A stretch of 64,000 nt of DNA, taken from assembly GCA_044226015.1 (NCBI GenBank), contig JBGAHS010000010.1, positions 192,001-256,000 of the forward strand. Direction: 5' to 3'. A program made the position numbers and the translations under genes. Below, one piece after another: positions 1 to 10,300 of this stretch. Origin of the DNA: Candidatus Obscuribacteraceae bacterium (GTDB lineage: Bacteria; Cyanobacteriota; Vampirovibrionia; Obscuribacterales; Obscuribacteraceae). How positions within the stretch are numbered: the first letter of the stretch is position 1; the number at the start of each line of letters is the position of its first letter. The notes below the pieces were generated by a model, which saw nothing but the letters and a program-made list of their open reading frames with translations, did no database searches and had not been told where the DNA came from.

Positions 1-424
1 GGTTCGCGATATCACTATAAAGGCAGCCTTAAGATTGAAGGTCAAGATAGTTTTTGTAGCAAACAAAAAAATATTGTTGCCTGGGTCTGACTTGGTTGAA
101 CAGGTCGTAGTAACGGAAGGTCCAGACAAAGCGGACGAATACATCATAGAAAATGCACGACCAGGCGATCTCGTTGTGAGTCAGGACATTCCTCTGGCGC
201 ATTGTCTGGTTAAAGCAAAGATTGTTGTGATTGACCCACGTGGAAGAGTGCACACTGAGGATAATATCGCTGAGCGACTGGCAACGCGCGACTTGCTGCA
301 AGAGTTGCGTGACATAGGCGACGTTAAAGGCGGACCTCAGGCGTTTGGCAATAAAGAGAAACAGGCTTTTGCTTCGAGCTTTGACCGCGAGTTAAACAAG
401 CTGATTCGCGTTTCTAATTCTTAG
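1..424 (+). CDS. yaiI: YaiI/YqxD (DUF188) family protein, 5'-truncated by the window edge
   Basis: Frame is open from base 2 (VRDITIKAALRLKVKIVFVAN...). Motifs GPDKADEYI, GDLVVSQDIPLA and F..SFDR are typical of the family. The TTG at 35 is probably not the real start. Confidence 0.85.
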   Translation, partial: VRDITIKAALRLKVKIVFVANKKILLPGSDLVEQVVVTEGPDKADEYIIENARPGDLVVSQDIPLAHCLVKAKIVVIDPRGRVHTEDNIAERLATRDLLQELRDIGDVKGGPQAFGNKEKQAFASSFDRELNKLIRVSNS

Positions 425-2906
425 GCTTGTTCGTTTTGCTGTCGGAATCTTTAAGACTGTAAGTCTTGATGTCGCAACCAAGAAGATAGTTGTGTAGTTT
501 GATTGATTTAGTCAAGTATTTCTTTTCACTTTCTCGCCAGATTACGTAGTCCACGTTGGTGTCAAGAGTGCTTTCTCTGGCAAGAGCGAATTGAGCTGAG
601 TTGCCTACTGCAATGCCCTTGACCGCCACTATTATGTCGCCTTTTTGAATACCAGCCTTATCTGTCTTGAACGAGCGGTTAACGATTCTCACGCCCTGCG
701 TTGGCGGCTTTGTGTCAGGCACATACTTCTTCATTCCTTCAGGGAATACATCTTTGATTGCCTCCTCTGCTCCGTTTTTGTAAACTGCGTTTAAGTCGGG
801 ATGCCTGACGTAAAGCGCTTTGAGTTCATCATCTTTGTCATAGCGCTCTTTTATCTTCTTGAAAGTCTCTTCCGCTTCCTGAATTCGCCCACTGCGTTCC
901 TGGAAATAGCCTTGTGTTCGAAGACCGACTCGTGAGTAGACTTCTCCTACTTTGTTTGCTAGAGCCTCGGCTTTCTCGTGTTGTTCTGTCTCACGGTAAT
1001 AATCGATTAGCCAGCCGCCGTAATGCGAGAGCACCACCTGATCACGAGCCTGACTCAACGCTTTCTCATAAGATGCAACAGCTTTTGATGGATTGATTGT
1101 TTCATAGCACTCGGCTATTTTGAAAGTCATATCTGGTTCGATCTTTGCGATTTTTTCCAGTTGCTCTATATATGCCATTTTGTTAGAGTTTTGGTAGGCA
1201 TAAGCTACTGAATTCATAGCTTGCAAGCTGTAATCAGCAAGCGATTTGTATATTGTTTTCAGCTGGGCTCCTGTGGCTGTTTGCCCATACTTTGCGTCAG
1301 CTGTTGCCCAGAGCACGGGCACATCGTATGGTGCAAGTGCTGCTAGTTGCGATAAATCGATTTGATTTAAGCGTCTCACATATTCCAGCCTATTATCAAA
1401 ATCATAAACCGTACCATATGGAAGTCCCTTCCCGAACCAGGAGAGTTCTCTCATCGGCTCTTCTGCTTGGTTCTTGCTAGCTTTCATCCATAGTGAATAA
1501 GTAATCAATTCAGGCTTATTCCAACTGAGGTCTACCAATTGCTTGTCTAGTTCTGGCGTACTTGCTTTTCGTTCTTCCTGATAGGCATCTATTTCAAAAA
1601 GCGGATACAAGGTAAGCTTTGCAAGTTGTGTCTTCGTTTCTTTGAGCATCTCTTTTGCCTGGTCAGTTACTCCCCACATGCCCCACAAGAAGTGGTGAGT
1701 TTGATAGCAAGCGTCAAGCAACTGTCTGCAGTGAAAAGCCTCCAAAGAGGATCTTGATATTGGAGATAAAACCCATTTCTCACCGGTCTTTTCCAGTGCA
1801 CCATTAGCAGTGGCGTTTAGGTAAGTGATCAGTTCGTCTGCATTTGCAGGCTTTAGACCCTCAAACAAATTAAGCTCATGTGCGGCATCTTGAATTTCTG
1901 CTTGAATGCTGTTCTTACAGAAGATGTGACCCGACTCAACTGTCGCACGCCCTCGCATACCCAAACGGAAATAATCAATGAGGACCTCGTCCTGTGGTTT
2001 TTCAATTCTTAGATAATCGGTAAGTGCATCGGTCGTTATGTTCCTGCTAATTGCACCGGCATACGCAAGCTTTTCGAAGCTACCGGCGTGGGAGAGATCG
2101 GCAATGCGATAATCATTAGTGATCCTCATTTTTAGCCCGCGAACAAGGCTCTTGATTCCCGAATCGTTTTGGTCTGCGCTTGAAATTTGGGCGAGCGCAT
2201 CTAATGCTTCTTTTTGAAGGCCACTTCGTTCAAGCAAAATTACTTTACTGAATTGCCCCGCCAGAGACGGTTTAGAGCCGTTTCGAGCCGCTTCTGCAAT
2301 CGCGAGATGTGCGGACATTTGGTTAAGCCAGGGGCGCGTGTCGCTGAAGCACGCAGCTGTTTCACGAAGGGCAAAAAATCCACACAAGAGCGCCGCTGAC
2401 TCGTTTATTTCTGCATCTAGTGGATGCGCAGACAGTTGTGCCGAGAGGTCCTTGTTTGCTTTTGCAAGCTTGGTTGAATTAAAGTTCGCCAGATTTTTTA
2501 CGAGCGCTTTTGAGTCGTATGAGCTTTTGTTTTCAAATTCTTTGTGGACACCTCTTGCGATTTCTGCGGCTAGATCTCTGTAATTTTCTGGTGACCAGAT
2601 GAACTTACTTAGTGCCAGATTTCCTTCCGTTTTTAGCTTGGCACAATTTAGAGAATAGCGATATTTCTCGGCGCCATCTTTGTCTCCGGTAGTTGAGAAC
2701 TTTATGTTTGAAAGGTCTAAGTCAGAACCTTTTGATGCATAGAGGACGATTTGTGCGACATCATTTCCAACTGATTCGACTATCCACTGCTGCTCGTTGC
2801 TCAGTCTTGTATTCTTTGCCGAGGTTTCGCCTAATTGTTGCAGTGTGCAAGCTGATAGTGTGAAAGCCATCAGTATTGCCAGAGTGCTAGTTCCTGTTGG
2901 CTTCAT
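414..2906 (-). CDS. Lipoprotein with TPR-like helical region and C-terminal PDZ domain
   Basis: Lipobox LSAC at aa 17-20; TPR-like helices (KAVASYEKALS, EAEETFKKI); PDZ signature GVRIV...KAGIQKGDIIVAVKG. Confidence 0.75.
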   Translation of the reverse strand: MKPTGTSTLAILMAFTLSACTLQQLGETSAKNTRLSNEQQWIVESVGNDVAQIVLYASKGSDLDLSNIKFSTTGDKDGAEKYRYSLNCAKLKTEGNLALSKFIWSPENYRDLAAEIARGVHKEFENKSSYDSKALVKNLANFNSTKLAKANKDLSAQLSAHPLDAEINESAALLCGFFALRETAACFSDTRPWLNQMSAHLAIAEAARNGSKPSLAGQFSKVILLERSGLQKEALDALAQISSADQNDSGIKSLVRGLKMRITNDYRIADLSHAGSFEKLAYAGAISRNITTDALTDYLRIEKPQDEVLIDYFRLGMRGRATVESGHIFCKNSIQAEIQDAAHELNLFEGLKPANADELITYLNATANGALEKTGEKWVLSPISRSSLEAFHCRQLLDACYQTHHFLWGMWGVTDQAKEMLKETKTQLAKLTLYPLFEIDAYQEERKASTPELDKQLVDLSWNKPELITYSLWMKASKNQAEEPMRELSWFGKGLPYGTVYDFDNRLEYVRRLNQIDLSQLAALAPYDVPVLWATADAKYGQTATGAQLKTIYKSLADYSLQAMNSVAYAYQNSNKMAYIEQLEKIAKIEPDMTFKIAECYETINPSKAVASYEKALSQARDQVVLSHYGGWLIDYYRETEQHEKAEALANKVGEVYSRVGLRTQGYFQERSGRIQEAEETFKKIKERYDKDDELKALYVRHPDLNAVYKNGAEEAIKDVFPEGMKKYVPDTKPPTQGVRIVNRSFKTDKAGIQKGDIIVAVKGIAVGNSAQFALARESTLDTNVDYVIWRESEKKYLTKSIKLHNYLLGCDIKTYSLKDSDSKTNKPKN

Positions 2907-3132
2907 GTTTCAATTCTCCAGTGGCACTAAGTTGACTCTACCTCGGTTGGGCCATGAATAATCCTGTTCTTTCGGAAAGTGTGTCGCAGATTTTGCGCTA
3001 ACAATGATTTCTTCTTTAGCTGCAAGAAAAATGTATGTCAATGGGTCATTCTTTTCTGGAAGATTGTTTGTTGTCAGCAGCTCCTAAAAATTCGCCTGGC
3101 AGGGTGAAGTCTCTAGTTCAGGGGATTAATAA

Positions 3133-4011
3133 GTGAAGATCGATTTTCTCAAAACGGTAACTTGTTCAATTGTTTTTAGCTGTTCTCTTATGGCAGCTTG
3201 TTTCGCTGCCCCTGCAGAGGCAGCCCCGTCTAAGTCAGACGCGAAGATGACTGAGATACTTTCCAGCAAGAGTAGCGTAACGGAAAAAGCTGAGAAACTT
3301 CGGGTGGAAGGTGCATCTCAGCTGCAAAAAGGTGATGCCACAAAGGCGATAGTATACTTGCGTAAGTCGATGGAACTCGACCCTTCGAACGCCGAGTCAG
3401 TTTGCGACTATGGGGAAGCGCTCTACTTCCAGAATAAGTTCAATCCTGCTTTGCTTGAGTATACCAAGGCGATCAAAATGAACCCCAAGTTGGCTCGTGC
3501 TTATTTCGATAGGGCTATGTATTTTGAGGGAGAAAAAAAATATCCTGAAGCCATCAAAGAGTTTGGATTTGCTGTTCAGTACAATCCTAACAATGCTGAC
3601 TATTGGGGCTCACGAGGCAAGCTTTTGGACACATTAGGGAGACACGCTGAAGCCGTTGCCGACTACACAGCTGCACTGAAGGCGGATCCTGAAGCTCGTT
3701 GGCCTCACGTTCAACGTGCCACCGCCTATGAAGGCATGAAGCAGTTTGACAAGGCTGTTGAAGACTACAATATTCTGCTGAAGCGTTACCCTGATGAGCA
3801 GGATTATTACGAGTTTCGAGGCAAGTCGTATTTTCTAGGTGCTAAGTATGAGCAATCAATAGCGGACTACTCAAAGGTAATAGGCTATTCTCCTAAGTAT
3901 GCAGGGGGGTATCTGGGAAGAGCCCGCGCTTACGAAAAGTTGGATGGAAAGAAATCGGCACGCGCTCAGTCCGACTATGCTATGGCTAAAAAGTATGGTT
4001 GGGAACCATAA
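3133..4011 (+). CDS. Secreted TPR-repeat protein
   Basis: Signal peptide followed by about 7 TPR units (AIKMNPKLARAYFDRA, ADYTAALKADP); GGGG RBS before the GTG. Confidence 0.85.
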   Translation: MKIDFLKTVTCSIVFSCSLMAACFAAPAEAAPSKSDAKMTEILSSKSSVTEKAEKLRVEGASQLQKGDATKAIVYLRKSMELDPSNAESVCDYGEALYFQNKFNPALLEYTKAIKMNPKLARAYFDRAMYFEGEKKYPEAIKEFGFAVQYNPNNADYWGSRGKLLDTLGRHAEAVADYTAALKADPEARWPHVQRATAYEGMKQFDKAVEDYNILLKRYPDEQDYYEFRGKSYFLGAKYEQSIADYSKVIGYSPKYAGGYLGRARAYEKLDGKKSARAQSDYAMAKKYGWEP

Positions 4012-4358
4012 GTCGGTCTCTGGACTTGGCGACTTACTTCAAGGTAGGAATTGTTCCGATGCCTGTCTAGGCTGATGTTTCCCTAGCAAACCCCAGCTAA
4101 TTGTGGGCTTGTAAAGAAGTTTTGTATTCTGCACGACAAAAAGCCGCGAATGCTGTCGCTGATGGGCTTTTTCCGTGACAAAAATTTACCTTTGAATGAA
4201 TGTCAATACGGCTAATGGCGGATAGTAAACCACTCTGGCAGCCTATAGGCTTAGTGTAGGTGGATAGTCCAGGGGCTTGCATTTTAAGCTTCTTCACCGT
4301 TGAAACTGGGTTTGGCTGGGTCCCAAGCTCATACGCCTATCGATTCGAGTTGAGGTCT

Positions 4359-7300
4359 ATGAAAGCATCTACAAGTTCTGCCCTCGTGTTCCTGCTGTTT
4401 ACGCAAGTTATCCATCCGCTGACTGCTCTTGCTCAGTCCAGACCTGGAAGTGCGTCGCCCGGCAACTCGTCGAGTTCTGGGGTAACTCCGATTAATTTGG
4501 ACCTGAGTTCGAAGAACCGTAACTTGACCGCGAACAATCTCGGCAGTTCCGGGCAGGTCTCGATTAAGGTTGGAAATCAGACCATGCAAGTCAATGCAGC
4601 AACCATGCTGACACCAGCTGAAAGGCTTGCGGTCTACCAGGTGCTGTCAACGGGGCAGCAATCGATTCTGCTTGGTAGCCTCGGCAATGCAATCGGTGGA
4701 AGCTTCAACATCGGCGCAAAGTTCAACCAGTATGTGTCGAGTCTGGTGATTCCTCGAGGTGTTACTGCAATTCAGAATGCAGCAGTGAACAGCAATTTGA
4801 GCCTGGCTGGTAATTTGACAAACGCAGGCAGTTTGTTGGGTGTGTCGACGAGCCAGGACTACAGCTCGCTTTTGATCAGCGCTCAGAACATCTATAATCG
4901 TCAGGGGGCGCTCATTTCGACCATGCTCCCAGCCGGGGGAATCGCGGGCGTTAGTGGTGCCATCTCCAGTCTAAATTTGTCGCTGAGCGCGCTGAACAAT
5001 ATTGTGAACTATGGTTCGATTATCAGTTCAGGCAATTTGAACTTAAGTGCTGGCAATTCTATTATCAATGCTCTCCCTGCGGGAACCAGTGGTGCCGCAC
5101 CTCTGATGCAAGCTGCAGGAAATTTGAGTTTCAACAGCAGCCAAATTGCAAATGCAGGTTTGATTAATGCTATTAATGGAAACGTCAATTTTGCGACACA
5201 AGGTCTGCAATCTCTAAATATTAATAACAAGAACGGTACAATTCAAGCGCTTCTCGGTAGCATCAATTTGCGGGACGCGTTTTTTAGTGGCAAGGCTGAT
5301 ACCAGTTTGCTCGGTGGGAATTTGCTCTCTAAAGAGTTGAATGTCTTCTCGAGTGACGGCATAGCCAATGTACACGTGAAGGATCTCACTGGTGTGGTCA
5401 ATGTTTCTGCCGCTTGTGCATTCATAACTGCAGAGACAGACAATCTTTCAATCGGAAGTCTCAATCTGACTGGAGACCCTCTAATTGCCAATGCTGCTGG
5501 TGACCTTACTTTGCTAAGCAGCATGAATTTGATTACAAACGGTGCTGACCTGGCATTATTGGCAAAAGGAAATATAACTGCTGGAAACGCGCTATCAATC
5601 GACACGAGTTCTCTGACAGGAAGCGGTGGTGACATTACCATAGTTGCAGGTGCCAACTTCGCAGCTCCGGTAGGGAATGTGACGAAGGTTACTGGTGCGT
5701 CCAGCACCGGTGGTAGTATCAACTTTTTGAGTCCCAGTAGCGTAAGTCTCATCGACAGCTCTGCCAAAGGTGCTTCGGGAGATGCTGGCAGCATACAACT
5801 TCTAGCTTTTGCTGGCAGCACTAAAGGGTCTGGAACGATCACTCTTCCTTCGTCAATGCCGATTAACGCCAACAGTGTTGGCGGAAAGGCAGGCGATGTT
5901 ATCATCACTGCTGGTGGTCAGAGCGCTGTGGTTCTCGATAACACTAGCCCTGCCACCGCTAAAGCAAGTACTGTGCAAGTTTCTATATCGGGTGGCGTCA
6001 CCACTGTCGGTGCCCTGTCCGCCGTGAACTTCATCGGTCCAATACATAATGTAGGGTTGGCAGGCACGGGTAGCACCAGCATAATCGCTGCACAACCCAA
6101 GGTGTCAACTGGCGGTGTGACCATAACAGATGGCAGCATCACTGCAGGTTCGTTTAGCGCTGGAACTCCTACGGCATCGAACGGACGCATCTATCTCGGC
6201 GCAATTGACAGTTCTAAAGATCTAACTGTTTCTTCTGGCAATACCATTGTATTTAGTGAGGCTGTAAATGTTGGTGGCAATGCTACAGTAAGCACTACAG
6301 CCAACAATGGCAATATTTCAATTGAGAAAAACTTCAAAGCCGGTGGCAACATCAGTCTGACTGCACACGGCTCGGGGTCGATTACGACACAAAGCTTTTT
6401 TATTGCCAGTCCGCAAGTGGGAAGTGGTGCATACGGCGCTGCCATTCAGTCTTTGGGGAATTTTGTCTATGTGCCGAACAATGCCAGTAATACAGTAAGC
6501 GTTATTGACTCTTCGACGAATCTAGTGGTTGCCACAATCGACTTGAGTGCAGTTGACATAGTCGCGCCTCGTGGCGCTGCATCGTCAGCCAATGGGCAAT
6601 TCATATATGTAGTCGGCAACTCGTCTACTGCCGGTCAGGGCACAGTTGTTGTAATAGACACTTCCAATAATACTGTAAGCACAACCTATTCCTTCCAGTC
6701 GGGAACACCATCGGCTAATGCAAATTTTGAACCGAAGTTTGTTGGCGTTTCTGGCGGCAAAGTTTATGTTTTGAGTGATTACGCCCTCGGGACGTCCACG
6801 CCAACTGCAGCTAGCCAGCTTACTGTGATAGATCCATTGAATCCCGGCTCTCCAGTTAATGTCTCTCTGCCAGGAGCCGTGGGACGTGGTAATTTTGGTG
6901 GTCTGGCTATAAACCCTCAGGGCACACGTGCTTATATCGCTAACACTGCAAGTAACAATATTTCTGTAGTTGATTTGAGCAACAACACCGTAACAAGCAC
7001 CATCAGTCTTGGCACGGCAGGCACTACAGGACCTACAGCATTGTCTTTCAATCCTACAGGCAGCCGTTTGTTCGTTGCTTACGCAGACACGGCGGGCTCT
7101 GGGTCGATGAGTCTCAAGGCTATCGACACGCTGCCCGGTTCTAATACATTCAATCAAGTTGTTTTGACTCAGCCTTTCGCTAATGCAAATCCAGCGGCTA
7201 TTCCTCTTGCAATTAGCAGTACTCCAACTGGTGCTCAACTAATCATGAGTGATACCAATCTGGTTGGTATACAGAATCCGATTTCATTGAGCAATACTGA

Positions 7301-10300
7301 AGTGCCATTTTTCCCGAGCGGCATTAACTCAGTTTCTGGGTATGGTACCAGCAATTTCTCCACCATCGTCACTAATGGTGGCGTTCGAAATGTGCAGTCC
7401 TATATCACCACGCCAGACAATACGGGCAAAGGTAATGTCCTGGTCTTGCAGGCGCCAACCATTCAATCAGGAAAAGATTTGACTCTCAAATCCACGAGTG
7501 GTGTAATCTCCGTTTCGTATGATGTGCAAGGAAACACTCTTATTGCAAATACCAGCTCTAGTGTCACTCTCAGTAATGTTGGAACAGCAGCAAGCAATAT
7601 TGGTCCATCATCTAGTGGCTCCAATGGACTACTCTTCCAGGTGAATGCTCTTGGAGGGCTGGCTACTATAGGTGCCATAACTGGTGGTGCGATTGCCCTC
7701 ACATCTGTACAAGGTGGCATCACATTAGGAGCAAATGTAGGGACTGCCACCACAAGCGCTATCAGTTTAGAAGCCGCGGATTCAATCACTTCGACTGCAG
7801 GAAAGGTTATTGCGAAGAGCATTGATCTTACATCACATGCAGGCAGTATTGGTACTGATGCTAGTCATAGAATAACTACCAGCACTGGCACCATGAACAT
7901 CTATCGCACGGGTACCGGCAATGTATTCGTCGGCAACACGGGAACCTTATTAGTTCCATCTGTGGGTAATGGAACAGGCACGTTTGATATTACAAATGGT
8001 GGCAATATCACTGTCTTGAATGCGATTGCTGGAACAAACGTTTCCGTCGTCACCACCTCATCGAACGGAAAAATTTCGCTGGCGGGAGTGAACACTCCCG
8101 ATGCAAGCTCCAGCACGAGCATCAACTTGAATGCCAATGGCACTGGCAGTATCACCACTACTGCGCCTCTGAATGCACTTCTTGGTTCCATTACTTTGAA
8201 ATCAGGAACCGGTAACATCGGCACCTCTACTCTGCCGCTGTCTCTGAATACTGCCCAATTAAGTGCTAACACTACTGGTGCTGGCAGTGTGTTTTTGACC
8301 AATACATCAGATCTAAAGCTAGGCAATTCCGGAGCTGGAAAAACTTTCCAATTGGTCAATGCCGGCAGCATCGGAACTGACTCTAACCCAACCGGCAGTA
8401 TAGCTGGCTCTGTTATAAACCTCACGGATACCAAAGCATCTACGACCATCGTCTTTGGTGGCAACGTGGGCTCTTCTACCTCAACTGTAACTATCGATGC
8501 CAGTCCTAACACTGTAAGTGTTTCTCAGAAGTCCGGAATTTTGTCTGCAGCATCGCTCAAAGTGACAACGACATCTGGAGATATCAATCTAAATAACGTT
8601 CGCGCATCAAAGATGACTTTTGACTCGACATCGGGTGACGTCACTATTGTAAACAATGTGACTAGCAGTTTGCTTGGTGCCAAAGGCGATGTGATTAACA
8701 TTTCCAATCCGAATGCTGCGCTGACTATTGCGGGTAGTGTGCTCGGAAGTGACATTACACTCTCATCTACTAATAGCACTGCAACTTCGCCTGGAAAGAT
8801 CATCATCTCCGCAGATATTGGAAATGCACTAACCGATGGTATTCACATCAATACAACAAAGAGCGGTACCATTACTCAGACAAAAAATACTTTTAGTATC
8901 ACGAGCAATAGCGCTGCAACAGGTATCTTCCTACAAACAGAAGATGGAGCCATAGGTACTAGCGCTATTCCTATTAATACAGTCACCGAGAAACTCGCTG
9001 CAAACACAACTGGAGTTTTTGGTTCCTCTGTGTTCATTAACAACACTGGTGCTGATTTGGTGCTCGGTAAGTCGTCGGGACAGAGCTTTACTTTGAAGAA
9101 TACCGGAAACATTAGCCAGAACATTCCTGACCCGAATAACCCACCTACAGTTTTGTACGCCACCTTTGTTGATTTGACCTCAACAACCGGTAGCATAGGT
9201 GTTGATGAATCTCATCGATTCAACATTGCTGGCACCACTGCTAACGTCCCATCCGCCCTTGAACTCACGATTAACACCGGAGGAAACGCTTTTATCTCCG
9301 GAAACAATTCCAATGGTGCATCCGTTCAGATAAATCTGGCAAAATCATCTTTTGTCGCAGGTTCATCGGGAGCTTCAATCTGGACCTTTGGCGGCTCACT
9401 ATTGCTAACAACTGGCGCTACGCTGAAGTCAAACGGAACCATTGATTTCTCTTCTTCCGGTGACATTATTCAACTGGGCACCGCTACTCAGCTTTTTGCG
9501 CCGAAATTCATCATCGAGAGCTCCACAAATACAGGATCATCCAAGTTCCCCTTGCTTATCAGCGCACTTCCAGGCAGCAATATTCCTGTCGAAATCTCGG
9601 TACATTCGTTCCAGGATATGCATATTTCATCGAAGAGCTCCTTGACTGTAGTCAACACTCCCCTGCTGATTTATACTCCGCCAGTTGGTCCTGTTGTGGA
9701 TAACAATAACAAGGTGGATGGCTCACTTTTTCTTACCAGCAGTGGTGCCATCAGTTTCGCAAATGGGGTTTATCCTAATGGCGGCGCGCTTGTTTACAAA
9801 GCGCTTGGTGGCAGTATAAATGTTGGAAGCAGCGTTAATTTCACAACGACGTCAACCAGTCTTACTGCCAGTGCTGGCAGCGTCAATATAGGAACAGGCA
9901 GCCTTATCAGCACGACAGGGCTCGTAATCAGTGCGCGCGATGCGATTACACAGGCAGATGCTGCCGCCAAAGTCACTATCTCTGCTGGCACCATTTCTTT
10001 GACTTCAGGAACGCAGGGTATAGGCACGGCGTTGAACCCCATCGCTTTTCAAGCAGGACTCAACAGCTTAGATCTCACTGTGGTGTCAAAAGGCAGTGCT
10101 TTCTTAGAAGCTCCGACAGCTGGCAAGGGTGAAGAACTCAATCTTGTAGGAAACAGCTCTGCAACTGGAACTTTCTCACTGAAGTCTGTAAATGATGTAA
10201 GGCTGCAAGATAATGCTTCAAAAGTTCCGATAATCACTGGCGGCGCCGTAGTCATTGAAACCACGGGGACAGCCAAAGGCATCATCCAGAACGTATTAGG

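Noticed and set aside
4260..4358. ORF-track start of giant protein 1
   Set aside because: RBS, signal peptide and alignment with paralog 2 all support ATG 4359.
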